A stretch of 11,506 nucleotides of DNA from a bacterium (GCA_040756235.1 JBFLZG010000070.1:1-11506); one strand, 5' to 3'. Shown: positions 1-7,226, counted from the stretch's first letter. The notes: generated by a model not told the origin, from the sequence alone. Translations and numbers: made by a program.

Positions 1-202
1 CCTCGTCATTGCGGCGTACTGAAATGTACGCCTCATTCCTCGGGATTTCGCGCGCCTGGCATCTGGGCATTTTTGAACAGGCTCCCGAACCAGAGCTTGT
101 GGGACAAGCTCTACTTCTTCGATCCCCAGACGGGCAGCAGTGTCATGACCGGCCCGTGACAGGCCGAGAAATACGCCGGCTTGGTTTTTCGTCCTCAGAG
201 GC

Positions 203-463
203 TCAGCAGAATGAGGCAGCCTTCTTCCTGACCCCGGAAGGATCCTGGTGAGGGAGGACGTCCCGGCTTGCAGGCTCACGCGCCTCGAGCGGGTCGGCCG
301 CGAACTTCTCGCGGAAGATCAGGACGCACCTGAAAAGGTCGTCGTCCAGATGCTCGAGGCTCTGGACGCGAGCACCGTACTTCCGCCCGGTGAGGTTTTC
401 CAGGATTTCCTCGATCTCCATCTGAAAGACGGTCAGGTCGAAGTGCCGGATCTTGGTTGCCAT
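203..463 (-). CDS. Small hypothetical protein (86 aa)
   Basis: ATG preceded by a purine-rich RBS (GGGGAGAG) and a sigma54-type motif about 75 bp upstream. The N-terminal ~55 aa look globular (MATKIRHFDLTVFQMEIEEILENLTGRKYGARV...). No family recognised. Confidence 0.7.
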   Translation of the reverse strand: MATKIRHFDLTVFQMEIEEILENLTGRKYGARVQSLEHLDDDLFRCVLIFREKFAADPLEAREPASRDVLPHQDPSGVRKKAASFC

Positions 464-538
464 GGCTCTCCCCGCTGAACGGAATCTTTGTTATTCCTCC
501 GGATGACGCAAAGGAGATACCCTTCTGGGCTTGACTCT

Positions 539-554
539 AGCAATTTACCTGCCA
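539..554 (-). promoter_or_regulatory. Putative sigma54 (-24/-12) promoter for the 86-aa gene
   Basis: Minus strand reads TGGCAGGTAAATTGCT: exact GG-N10-GC spacing, close to the consensus TGGCAC-N5-TTGC, pointing toward the ATG at 463. Confidence 0.65.
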
Positions 555-846
555 TCCGTGAGAGCGGCGGGCCTGTAATGCACGGCCAGTGAAACCACTT
601 GCCGGAGCTACAAAAATAACAAATCTGAGAGAACGCTCCTGTTGCCACCCTTTCGTTCCCGGGTGAAGATATGCCGCGGCAGAGAAGAAAACGTAATTTC
701 ACTATACGGCGCGTCAGGCAGTTTCGAATCTCTTTCCACGAACCGCCGGAGGCAATCCCGTGCCTGTGGAGCCGGTCGAGCCCTGATGTTAGAATGCCCA
801 TCTTGACGATATCCGGCCGTTCACCTCAACCAGGATCGCTGAACCC

Positions 847-1821
847 ATGGGGATCGAGCCCTACCCGCACGACCGGCAGGAGATCGCGGGCTTCTTCCGG
901 AAGCACGCCTCCTTCGGCGTGTGCTACCTCAAGGTGGAGAGGAGCCTGGAGGATTTCGGGCAATACCTCTGCGAGATGGTCCTGGAGTCGGGTCCGGAGC
1001 GGCTCTTTCTGCAGGGCATTCAGTTTGCCGGCAAGCGGTTCCGCTATCCGCCCCACCTCGAGGGGATCCCTTCGAGCACGCGCGTCTCCCTGGAGCGGGA
1101 GATCCTGACCCATCTTCTCCGCAGCCGGGTCGTGGAGTCTCCGCTCACGGACCCGAAGCTCACCTACACCGGCGAGCGCATCGTGCCGGCGACCGCGCCC
1201 TTTCACGCCTACTGGATGCACGCGCGCCGCTACGAATTCGCCGCCAGGCGGGTCAGTGGCTGCGGGACGGTGCTCGACGCCGGCTGCGGCTCCGGCTACG
1301 GCACCCGGATCCTCTCCCGGGCGGTCTCGAGCTGCCTCGGCGTGGACGTCGCGCCCGCAGCCGTGGACCTTGCCCGGTCCCTGTTCCGGCGGCCGGGCGT
1401 GGAGTTCGCCGTGGGCGACGTCTGCCGGCTCGACGATCTGGCGGACGGGGCGTTCGACGCGGTGGTGGCCCTCGAGGTGCTCGAGCACCTGGAGCGCGCG
1501 GCGATCCCTCTCTTTCTTGCGACGGTCCGGCGCGTCCTCAGGGACCGAGGGGGCTTCATCGTATCGGTCGCCAACAGCGGCTACTCGGCCAAGGAAGTAA
1601 ATCCTTACCATCGGAGCGAGATGACTTTCGGCGCCTTCCGCGATCTCCTCGCAGCGGAGTTTCCGCAGTCCTCCGCCGTGTACTTCGGCCAGGACGTCTG
1701 GCAAGGAAGCTACAGGCTCGAGCGGGAGTGCAGGATCGTGCCCGTCCAGGGTCCGACCGACCACCATGTCTTTCTGGCCGCGCTCGAGACCGGTGGCCTC
1801 GGGCACACCGGATCGGTATAA
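847..1821 (+). CDS. Class I SAM-dependent methyltransferase with a ~105-aa N-terminal extension
   Basis: Motif I VLDAGCGSGYG, acidic GVD after beta2, FDAVVALEVLEHL, plus the TGERxxP...HxxRYxFA and NPYHxxE motifs seen in Methyltransf_11/25-type proteins. Substrate unknown. Confidence 0.9.
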   Translation: MGIEPYPHDRQEIAGFFRKHASFGVCYLKVERSLEDFGQYLCEMVLESGPERLFLQGIQFAGKRFRYPPHLEGIPSSTRVSLEREILTHLLRSRVVESPLTDPKLTYTGERIVPATAPFHAYWMHARRYEFAARRVSGCGTVLDAGCGSGYGTRILSRAVSSCLGVDVAPAAVDLARSLFRRPGVEFAVGDVCRLDDLADGAFDAVVALEVLEHLERAAIPLFLATVRRVLRDRGGFIVSVANSGYSAKEVNPYHRSEMTFGAFRDLLAAEFPQSSAVYFGQDVWQGSYRLERECRIVPVQGPTDHHVFLAALETGGLGHTGSV

Positions 1822-1861
1822 TCTCCGTCGCACGGAATCGACTCTAAAACGGACACTCGAG

Positions 1862-4012
1862 ATGAAGAGCAACGCTTCGCTTTCGCTCCGCGTGGTCGAG
1901 GCCCTCAAGAAGGACGTGGGCCTCCACATCGTCCGCATCGACAAACAGGACCTGGCCAGGCTCGGGATCAAGCCGGGCGACGTCGTCCTGATCCGCGGGA
2001 CCCAGCAGGCCCTGGCGCGGGCCATGCACTCCCTCATGTACGACCGTGGCCAGGACCTGATCCAGATGGACGGGATCCTCCGGGAGAACGCGGGCGCGGG
2101 GCTCGACGAGACCGTGCAGGTCGAGAAGGCGAGCCCGGCCGAGGCCACCCGCGTCGTGCTGCGCTGCCTGCAGGCCGACGCGCCCCCCAAGACCCAGGAC
2201 ACGGACTACATCCGGCGCCTGGTCCAGGGGCTGCCGCTCCTGGTGGGCAATCAACTGCGGGTGCGCTTCCTCGGGGCCGGGTTCTGTCACTACAAGCTCG
2301 TCCAGGCAGAGCCTGCCGCCGCCGTGGTGCTGAGCGGCCAGACCCGCATCGAGATCCTCGAGCCGGCCAAGGGCAACTTCGAGGAGCAGAAGACCGGCAT
2401 CACCTACGAGGACATCGGCGGCCTGCGCGACGAGATCCAGCGGATCCGGGAGATGATCGAGCTGCCGCTCAAGCACCCCCAGGTGTTCGAACGGCTGGGC
2501 ATCGATCCGCCCAAAGGGGTCCTCCTCCATGGGCCGCCCGGCACCGGCAAGACCCTGATCGCCAAGGCGGTGGCCAGCGAGGCGAAGATCCACTTCATCA
2601 GCATCAACGGGCCCGAGATCGTCAACAAGTTCTACGGCGAGAGCGAGGCCCAGCTCCGCAGCCTGTTCGAGAACGCGGCCAAGAAAGCGCCGAGCATCCT
2701 CTTTCTGGATGAGATCGACGCCATCGCGCCCAAGCGGACCGAAGTCACGGGCGAGGTGGAGAAGCGGATCGTGGCCCAGCTCCTGGCCCTCATGGACGGC
2801 CTCAAGTCCAGGGGAGAGGTGATCGTCATCGGCGCCACCAACATTCCCAACGTCATCGACCCGGCCCTGAGGAGGCCCGGCCGCTTCGACCGGGAGATCG
2901 CCACGAACATCCCGGACCGGCAGGGCAGGCTGGAGATCCTCCAGATCCACACCCGCGGCATGCCGCTGGCCGAGGACGTGGACCTTCCCCACCTGGCCGA
3001 GATCACCCACGGGTTCGTGGGTGCGGACCTGGAGTCCCTCTGCCGCGAGGCCGCCCTGTTCCGGCTGCGCACCGAGCTGGAATCGATCGATCTGTTCGAG
3101 GCCGGGCTCTCCATGGAGCTGCTGGAAAGGCTCCTGATCTCGAGCGGTGACTTCGAGAGCGCCCTGAAAGTCGTGGAGCCGTCGGCCATCCGGGAGGTCG
3201 TGGTCGAAGTTCCGCAGGTCAGATGGGACGACGTGGGCGGGCTCGAAGAAGCCAAGGCCCGGCTGCAGCAGATCGTGGAATGGCCCCTGCTCTACCGGGA
3301 CCTGTTCAAGGAGCTCGACTGCCGGCCGCCCAAGGGGATCCTGCTCACCGGAGCGCCCGGTACCGGCAAGACCCTCCTCGCCAAGGCCGTGGCCACCGAG
3401 ACGCAGCGCAACTTCATCTCCATCAAAGGGCCCGAGCTGCTCTCCAAATGGGTGGGAGAGAGCGAGAAGGGAGTCCGGGAGGTGTTCCGCAAGGCCCGCA
3501 TGGCAGCCCCGAGCATTCTGTTCTTCGATGAAGTCGATGCGCTCCTGCCGAGGCGAGGCTCGGGAGAAGGCGACGCCCGGGTCACCGAGAAAGTCATCAG
3601 CCAGGTCCTGACCGAGCTGGACGGGATCGAGCTTTTAGGGGACGTGATCGTGCTCGCCGCCACCAACCGCGCGGACCTGCTCGACCCGGCCATCCTGCGG
3701 CCCGGCCGCTTCGACGAGGTCATCCTGCTGGACATGCCGGACCTGGAGGCAAGAAAGAAGATTCTCACCGTGAGCTGCCGCAAGACGCCTCTCGGCCGGG
3801 ACGTCGATCTGGACGAGATGGCAGGGATGACCGAAGGGTTCGCGGGCTCCGACCTCGCATGGCTGTGCGACCGCGCCCTCAGGCTGGCCATCGAGCAGTA
3901 CATCCGCAAGGACCCGGCTGCCGCCCGCGAGCCCCCGTTCCGCCTCAAGGTCGCGAGGGACCACTTCCTGCGCTCGCTCGAGGAATACCGGACCTGCAGG
4001 CAGTGCGCCTGA
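1862..4012 (+). CDS. cdc48: CDC48/VCP/VAT-family AAA+ ATPase (N domain plus D1 and D2)
   Basis: N domain LRVVEALKKDVG...; D1 has YEDIGGL, GPPGTGKT, LFLDEID, ALRRPGRFDRE; D2 has WDDVGGL, GAPGTGKT, KWVGESEK, LFFDEVD, AILRPGRFD. Start placed at ATG 1862 rather than 1766, which would overlap the methyltransferase. Confidence 0.95.
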   Translation: MKSNASLSLRVVEALKKDVGLHIVRIDKQDLARLGIKPGDVVLIRGTQQALARAMHSLMYDRGQDLIQMDGILRENAGAGLDETVQVEKASPAEATRVVLRCLQADAPPKTQDTDYIRRLVQGLPLLVGNQLRVRFLGAGFCHYKLVQAEPAAAVVLSGQTRIEILEPAKGNFEEQKTGITYEDIGGLRDEIQRIREMIELPLKHPQVFERLGIDPPKGVLLHGPPGTGKTLIAKAVASEAKIHFISINGPEIVNKFYGESEAQLRSLFENAAKKAPSILFLDEIDAIAPKRTEVTGEVEKRIVAQLLALMDGLKSRGEVIVIGATNIPNVIDPALRRPGRFDREIATNIPDRQGRLEILQIHTRGMPLAEDVDLPHLAEITHGFVGADLESLCREAALFRLRTELESIDLFEAGLSMELLERLLISSGDFESALKVVEPSAIREVVVEVPQVRWDDVGGLEEAKARLQQIVEWPLLYRDLFKELDCRPPKGILLTGAPGTGKTLLAKAVATETQRNFISIKGPELLSKWVGESEKGVREVFRKARMAAPSILFFDEVDALLPRRGSGEGDARVTEKVISQVLTELDGIELLGDVIVLAATNRADLLDPAILRPGRFDEVILLDMPDLEARKKILTVSCRKTPLGRDVDLDEMAGMTEGFAGSDLAWLCDRALRLAIEQYIRKDPAAAREPPFRLKVARDHFLRSLEEYRTCRQCA

Positions 4013-4029
4013 CGCTGCGGCGGGGCGTT

Positions 4030-4053
4030 GCAGGGGCGCCGCTTGCCGCACCC
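4030..4053 (+). repeat. Degenerate GTAG-type REP-like palindrome
   Basis: GCAGGGGCGCCGCTTGCCGCACCC has the same head and length as the REP at 4081, with an imperfect stem. Confidence 0.4.
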
Positions 4054-4080
4054 GCGATGGGGGCCGGCGGACCACCTCTT

Positions 4081-4109
4081 GTAGGGGCGACGCATGCGTC
4101 GCCCTTTTT
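4081..4109 (+). repeat. GTAG-type REP palindrome, possibly doubling as the cdc48 terminator
   Basis: GTAG followed by the perfect 20-bp palindrome GGGCGACGCATGCGTCGCCC (4085-4104) and TTTTT. A related inverted copy lies at 8614-8643. Confidence 0.75.
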
Positions 4110-4167
4110 CCGAGGCTGCACCACGACCATCTGGAATCACAGGGAGCAGGGCTGGATTCCGGCCTGC

Positions 4168-4376
4168 GAGGCTGTGTCACAATTCGTCATCCCGGCCCAT
4201 GTGCGAAGCGCGTGAGAGCCGGGATCCAGAAGGGTGCACCAAGACCCGCTGTGGTACTGGGCGCAGCGGCTGGATTCCGGCCTTCGCCGGAATGACGGAA
4301 ATCATGCGGCCGCGCCTCCGAGTCCTCCGGAATGAGTGGTCGCACGAGGGTCTCACCGGATTTATGACACAGCCTC
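4168..4376. mobile_element. 209-bp non-autonomous MITE (IS1182/IS5-like ends) inserted into a CGTC-type REP
   Basis: Terminal inverted repeats GAGGCTGTGTCACAATTC (4168-4185) and GATTTATGACACAGCCTC (4359-4376) match 16/18. Flanking direct repeat CTGC at 4164-4167 and 4377-4380. Removing the element restores CTGGATTCCGGCCTGCGCCGGAATGACGG. No transposase inside. Confidence 0.8.
4185..4297. repeat. CGTC-type REP-like doublet inside the MITE
   Basis: CGTCATCCCGGC...GCCGGGATCCA, a spacer, then CTGGATTCCGGCCTTCGCCGGAATGACG: two inverted hairpin units bounded by CGTC and GACG. Confidence 0.75.
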
Positions 4377-4409
4377 CTGCGCCGGAATGACGGAGAAGAC
4401 CGGAACCGA

Positions 4410-4459
4410 CGCCCAGTCCGCCGACGGGCAGCGTGACACCAGCTGACAGCCACTCCGGC
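4410..4459 (+). repeat. 50-bp direct-repeat copy of internal dsbD sequence (other copy 5664-5713)
   Basis: CGCCCAGTCCGCCGACGGGCAGCGTGACACCAGCTGACAGCCACTCCGGC versus CGCCCAGTCCGCCGACGGCCAGCGTGACACCCACTGACAGCCACTCCGGC, 47/50 identical. Confidence 0.9.
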
Positions 4460-4479
4460 CAGTAAGCTTCTGGCTCGAC

Positions 4480-4725
4480 TCAGGGCCAAAGCAGAGCAAG
4501 ATCGATTTCGATCTCGTGGAATGGCTCGTAGCGGACCTTTTCATCTTCGCTGTGGGCCGCGAGCAGCGCCCACTGGCCGCCGGTGAGTTTGAGTACCTCC
4601 AAAGTACGGGCCAACGGGTCAACCAGCAAGAGGCGGGGAATCGCGAAGGAGGCGTAAAGGGGGACTTTCTTGATCCGGTCCAGGGGGACCGTAGCTGGAG
4701 AGAGCACCTCGCAGACCCAGTCCGG
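4480..4725 (-). pseudogene. Uma2 (DUF820) family endonuclease, C-terminal half only
   Basis: Frame reads PDWVCEVLSPATVPLDRIKKVPLYA...LLLVDPLARTLEVLKL...EPFHEIEIDLALLWP, the typical Uma2 C-terminal signature. The N-terminal half and a plausible start are missing. Confidence 0.8.
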
Positions 4726-5036
4726 ATGTCCCGCGAGTCCCTTCCATCGGGCGCAGACCCGAAGATCCAGCCGCCGGCGCCGTTCAACTGGCGCACCACC
4801 GACGAGGAGGAGATCCTCCGGCGCCGCCTGCGCGCAACCGAGGAGAGGTTCGACGTCAAGAACACGTTTCCCCCCGAAAAGATCTTTTCCCTCTGCCGGA
4901 GACAGCCCCGGACGCCGTCAGCGGGCCGCTCGCTGCTTTCTGGCAGGCCGCACCCGGCCTGCCCAGGCAGTTTATCGCAAACGCCTCGGCCGATCCGGCG
5001 CCGCTGCTGGGCTATCTGGAATCGAGCCCGGGGTGA
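4726..5036 (+). pseudogene. Probable internally deleted SNF2/DEAD-box helicase gene remnant
   Basis: ATG 4726 gives ...PPAPFNWRTTDEEEILRRRLRATEERFDVKNTFPPEKIFS, which I recall as the N-terminus of a bacterial SWIM/SNF2 helicase group. A different frame from 4893 gives LPETAPDAVSGPLAAFWQAAPGLPRQFIANASADPAPLLGYLESSPG-stop, resembling a natural C-terminus. Recalled, not searched. Confidence 0.45.
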
Positions 5037-5105
5037 CATGGCTCGCCGCTCTGTCAGAGCACAGGCTGCTAACCGGGGATGCCTTTCTCCCTGTCGATTG
5101 TATCA

Positions 5106-5137
5106 TGCCGGAGGGATTCTCCCCTGCCCCCCCGGCA
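5106..5137 (-). terminator. GC-rich hairpin just downstream of dsbD (possible terminator)
   Basis: Minus strand TGCCGGGGGG-N12-CCCTCCGGCA forms a 10-bp stem with one G-U pair. There is no clear U-tract. Confidence 0.3.
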
Positions 5138-5139
5138 GG

Positions 5140-6501
5140 TCACTTCGTGACGGATCTCTTCGCGACGGAGGTCGCTCTCAGGCGGTTCAGGTGTTCCAGG
5201 AAGCGCTCCTTGTGGAACGGGCCATCGATCCTCAAGTCCTGCCGCTCCGTGCCGTCCGCAGAGAAGAAGCGTACGGCCGGGAGCCCCGGCACACCGAACC
5301 GCCGAGCCACAGGCGTGACGGCATCCGTGTCGTCCGTGGCGTCCACTCGAACGGTTACGAAATGCTCCCTCAACTCGCCAGCCAAGGCATGGTCGGCGAA
5401 CACGGTGCTCTCCATGACGCGGCAGTCCGGACACCAGTCCGCATGAAAGTCGACGATCACGGGCTTGCCGTCAGCGCTACCGCGCAAGGCCCGATCGAAC
5501 TCGGGCTCGGACTTCACCTGAACCCAGGCGATCGAATGAGCCGATTCGGAGGCGAGCAGGCCCGTCGCCGCAAGGGTCATCCCGCCGGCCATGAGAAGGA
5601 CGACCAGGCGCGCCCATGCAGGGCGTCCGGGGATCCGCCTGGTCTTGGCCGCCCACAGCCAGGCGCCCAGTCCGCCGACGGCCAGCGTGACACCCACTGA
5701 CAGCCACTCCGGCTCGAGCCTCGCGCCCATCCGATGCAGCGCCTGGGCCGCAAAATAGGCACCTGTGGCCAGAAGCAGGACCCCAACTGCCCCCTCGGTC
5801 CAGAGCAGCCACCTTCCGGGCCTTGGCAGGGCAGGCAGAGCCGTGCCCAGCAGAAAAAAGGGCAGTCCCAGCCCTGCGGAGAAGCTCATCATGATGAGCG
5901 CCGCGGACCACAAGTCCTGGGTGGCGCCGATGTAAGTGAGGATCCCGCCGAGCACGGGCCCCGTGCAGCCGGCTGCCAGGAACCCCGAGGCTGCTCCGGC
6001 AGCCACGGCGCCCAGCGGACCCGGGCCGCCCGCTCTGGATGCCCAGCGCGTCAGGCTTTGAGGGAGACGGAATGCATAGACTCCGAGCATACCGGCTGCG
6101 AAGAACCACAGGAGAGCGGCAGCCAGAAGCTGAAAAGTAGCAGATGCGCTCCAGCTTCCGAACAGCGAATGGCTCAGGCCCGCCGCTACGCCCAGGGACG
6201 TGAAGACGGAGCCCATGCCCAGCACATAGGCTCCGGACAGCAGGGCCGCGCGCCGCCTGCCTACGTGCCCCCAGGAGCCCATGAAGCCGACGGCAAGAGG
6301 GATGATCGGATAGACGCAGGGAGTGAGGGCGGTGAGCAGTCCTCCCAGGAAAGCGGCTCCCGCAGCAACGGGTCCGGCCGCTGCCTGGGCTGAAGCCGGT
6401 GTCCCGATCGCGACAACCGCAGCCAGCCCGGCCCACACCCACGTGGTCGGGCTCGCGGCATGGCTGCTTTTTCTTGAACGCTTCGCATCTGGGGTCTTCA
6501 T
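5140..6501 (-). CDS. dsbD: DsbD-family thiol:disulfide interchange protein (transmembrane beta domain plus C-terminal thioredoxin domain, no alpha domain)
   Basis: LTPCVYPIIP and AAGCTGPVL supply the conserved membrane cysteines, with multiple TM helices. The C-terminal Trx fold has GKPVIVDFHADWCPDC and FGVPGLP. AGGAG lies 8 nt before ATG 6501. Confidence 0.9.
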   Translation of the reverse strand: MKTPDAKRSRKSSHAASPTTWVWAGLAAVVAIGTPASAQAAAGPVAAGAAFLGGLLTALTPCVYPIIPLAVGFMGSWGHVGRRRAALLSGAYVLGMGSVFTSLGVAAGLSHSLFGSWSASATFQLLAAALLWFFAAGMLGVYAFRLPQSLTRWASRAGGPGPLGAVAAGAASGFLAAGCTGPVLGGILTYIGATQDLWSAALIMMSFSAGLGLPFFLLGTALPALPRPGRWLLWTEGAVGVLLLATGAYFAAQALHRMGARLEPEWLSVGVTLAVGGLGAWLWAAKTRRIPGRPAWARLVVLLMAGGMTLAATGLLASESAHSIAWVQVKSEPEFDRALRGSADGKPVIVDFHADWCPDCRVMESTVFADHALAGELREHFVTVRVDATDDTDAVTPVARRFGVPGLPAVRFFSADGTERQDLRIDGPFHKERFLEHLNRLRATSVAKRSVTK

Positions 6502-6561
6502 AACTGCAACTCCTGGTAGGCTGGCCACTCCTCGCTCCTCACTCCCTGCCTCGACCACCCG

Positions 6562-6912
6562 TCATTCCGCTCCGTGGTGCTCTCGCAGGTGCGCCTGCTT
6601 TTCTTCTGCGGTCTGAAACACGACGCCGCAGCTCCTGCAGCCCGGCTTCCCATGATGCTCGATCGCATGGCTCGCCTTCTCCTTGTCCGTGGAAAAGGCC
6701 ATGCCGCAGGCTTCGCAGAACCGTTTCGCGTCCGACTTTCCCTCAGGCTGATCCAGGGCCACCAAGGTGCCCGCCGACCCCAGGCCTTTGCCTGCGCCGA
6801 AACCCTTGCCCGCTGAGCCTACGGAGGCATCCGCCGTCGCAACCGTGAGGGTGACCGTCAGCAGCGCAGCCGCCAGAGCGGACGGAATGATGGCAACTTT
6901 CCAGCTCTTCAT
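6562..6912 (-). CDS. Secreted 116-aa protein with two tandem C2H2 zinc-finger-like motifs
   Basis: Signal peptide MKSWKVAIIPSALAAALLTVTLTVATADA, then a Gly-rich linker, then CEACGMAFSTDKEKASHAIEHH and CRSCGVVFQTAEEKQAHLREHH (both C-x2-C-x3-F-x8-H-x3-H). RBS AGGAAGGGAG precedes ATG 6912. Confidence 0.85.
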   Translation of the reverse strand: MKSWKVAIIPSALAAALLTVTLTVATADASVGSAGKGFGAGKGLGSAGTLVALDQPEGKSDAKRFCEACGMAFSTDKEKASHAIEHHGKPGCRSCGVVFQTAEEKQAHLREHHGAE

Positions 6913-6987
6913 CGCGAATTCTCCCTTCCTTCTCGTAAGAGTTGTGCACGCTTTTTCTGCCTCAAAGAGGCGTGCGTGTCTGCCCGT

Positions 6988-7016
6988 CAATTCGTTTCTA
7001 CACGCCCCAAGGTTAC
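6988..7016 (-). promoter_or_regulatory. ECF (SigF/ECF16-type) promoter for the C2H2-protein/dsbD operon
   Basis: Minus strand reads GTAACC-ttggggcgtgtagaaa-CGAA-ttg with a 16-nt spacer, matching the GTAACC-N16-CGAA consensus known for Caulobacter SigF. Confidence 0.85.
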
Positions 7017-7179
7017 AGGCGGCTCCCGTCACTTTTCCGAAGCCACGGTCGAAGGGACGGAACAACCGGGCGTTATCTCCTCCCCGCTCACCCATCCTCT
7101 CCTTTACACAAAAGGGTTTTCCTTCCTATTCTGTCGATGTTCCGCAACCGACTCCCATCCTTGGCCCCGGTTCGAGCAC

Positions 7180-7208
7180 GTAACCTTCTTGGACCCAGGG
7201 CCGAATTG
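7180..7208 (+). promoter_or_regulatory. ECF (SigF/ECF16-type) autoregulatory promoter
   Basis: GTAACC-ttcttggacccagggc-CGAA-ttg with a 16-nt spacer, ending about 20 bp before the sigma ATG. The boxes are identical to those at 6988-7016. Confidence 0.85.
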
Positions 7209-7226
7209 TTGTCAGGGAGCGATCCG

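Noticed and set aside
141..166. Short inverted repeats TGTCATG/CGTGACA and CGGCC/GGCCG
   Set aside because: Too short in GC-rich DNA to support an operator or terminator call.
826..4140. Long minus-strand and alternative-frame ORFs (826-2202, 921-1847, 1844-3010, 3292-4140)
   Set aside because: They overlap the motif-supported methyltransferase and CDC48 genes, which is typical of stop-poor GC-rich DNA.
4760..4790. Minus-strand NGAGGWIF resembling the Uma2 GPGGWWIL motif
   Set aside because: It is out of frame with the Uma2 remnant and is more simply explained as the reverse of the plus-strand KIQPPAPFN segment. Not fully excluded.
4516..5700. 394-aa plus-strand ORF
   Set aside because: A chimera of antisense Uma2, a short real remnant (4726-4890) and antisense dsbD, not one gene.
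4410..5713. DGR template/variable repeat or CRISPR self-spacer interpretation of the 50-bp duplication
   Set aside because: Mismatches are not adenine-specific, there is no reverse transcriptase or cas gene, and there is no regular repeat-spacer array.
6574..6717. c-type cytochrome interpretation of the CxxC protein next to dsbD
   Set aside because: The motifs are CEACG and CRSCG, not CxxCH, so there is no haem attachment site.
6913..7226. Upstream extensions of the C2H2 ORF (from 7095) and the sigma ORF (from 6942)
   Set aside because: They would overlap each other and run through both promoters. RBS positions support ATG 6912 and ATG 7227.
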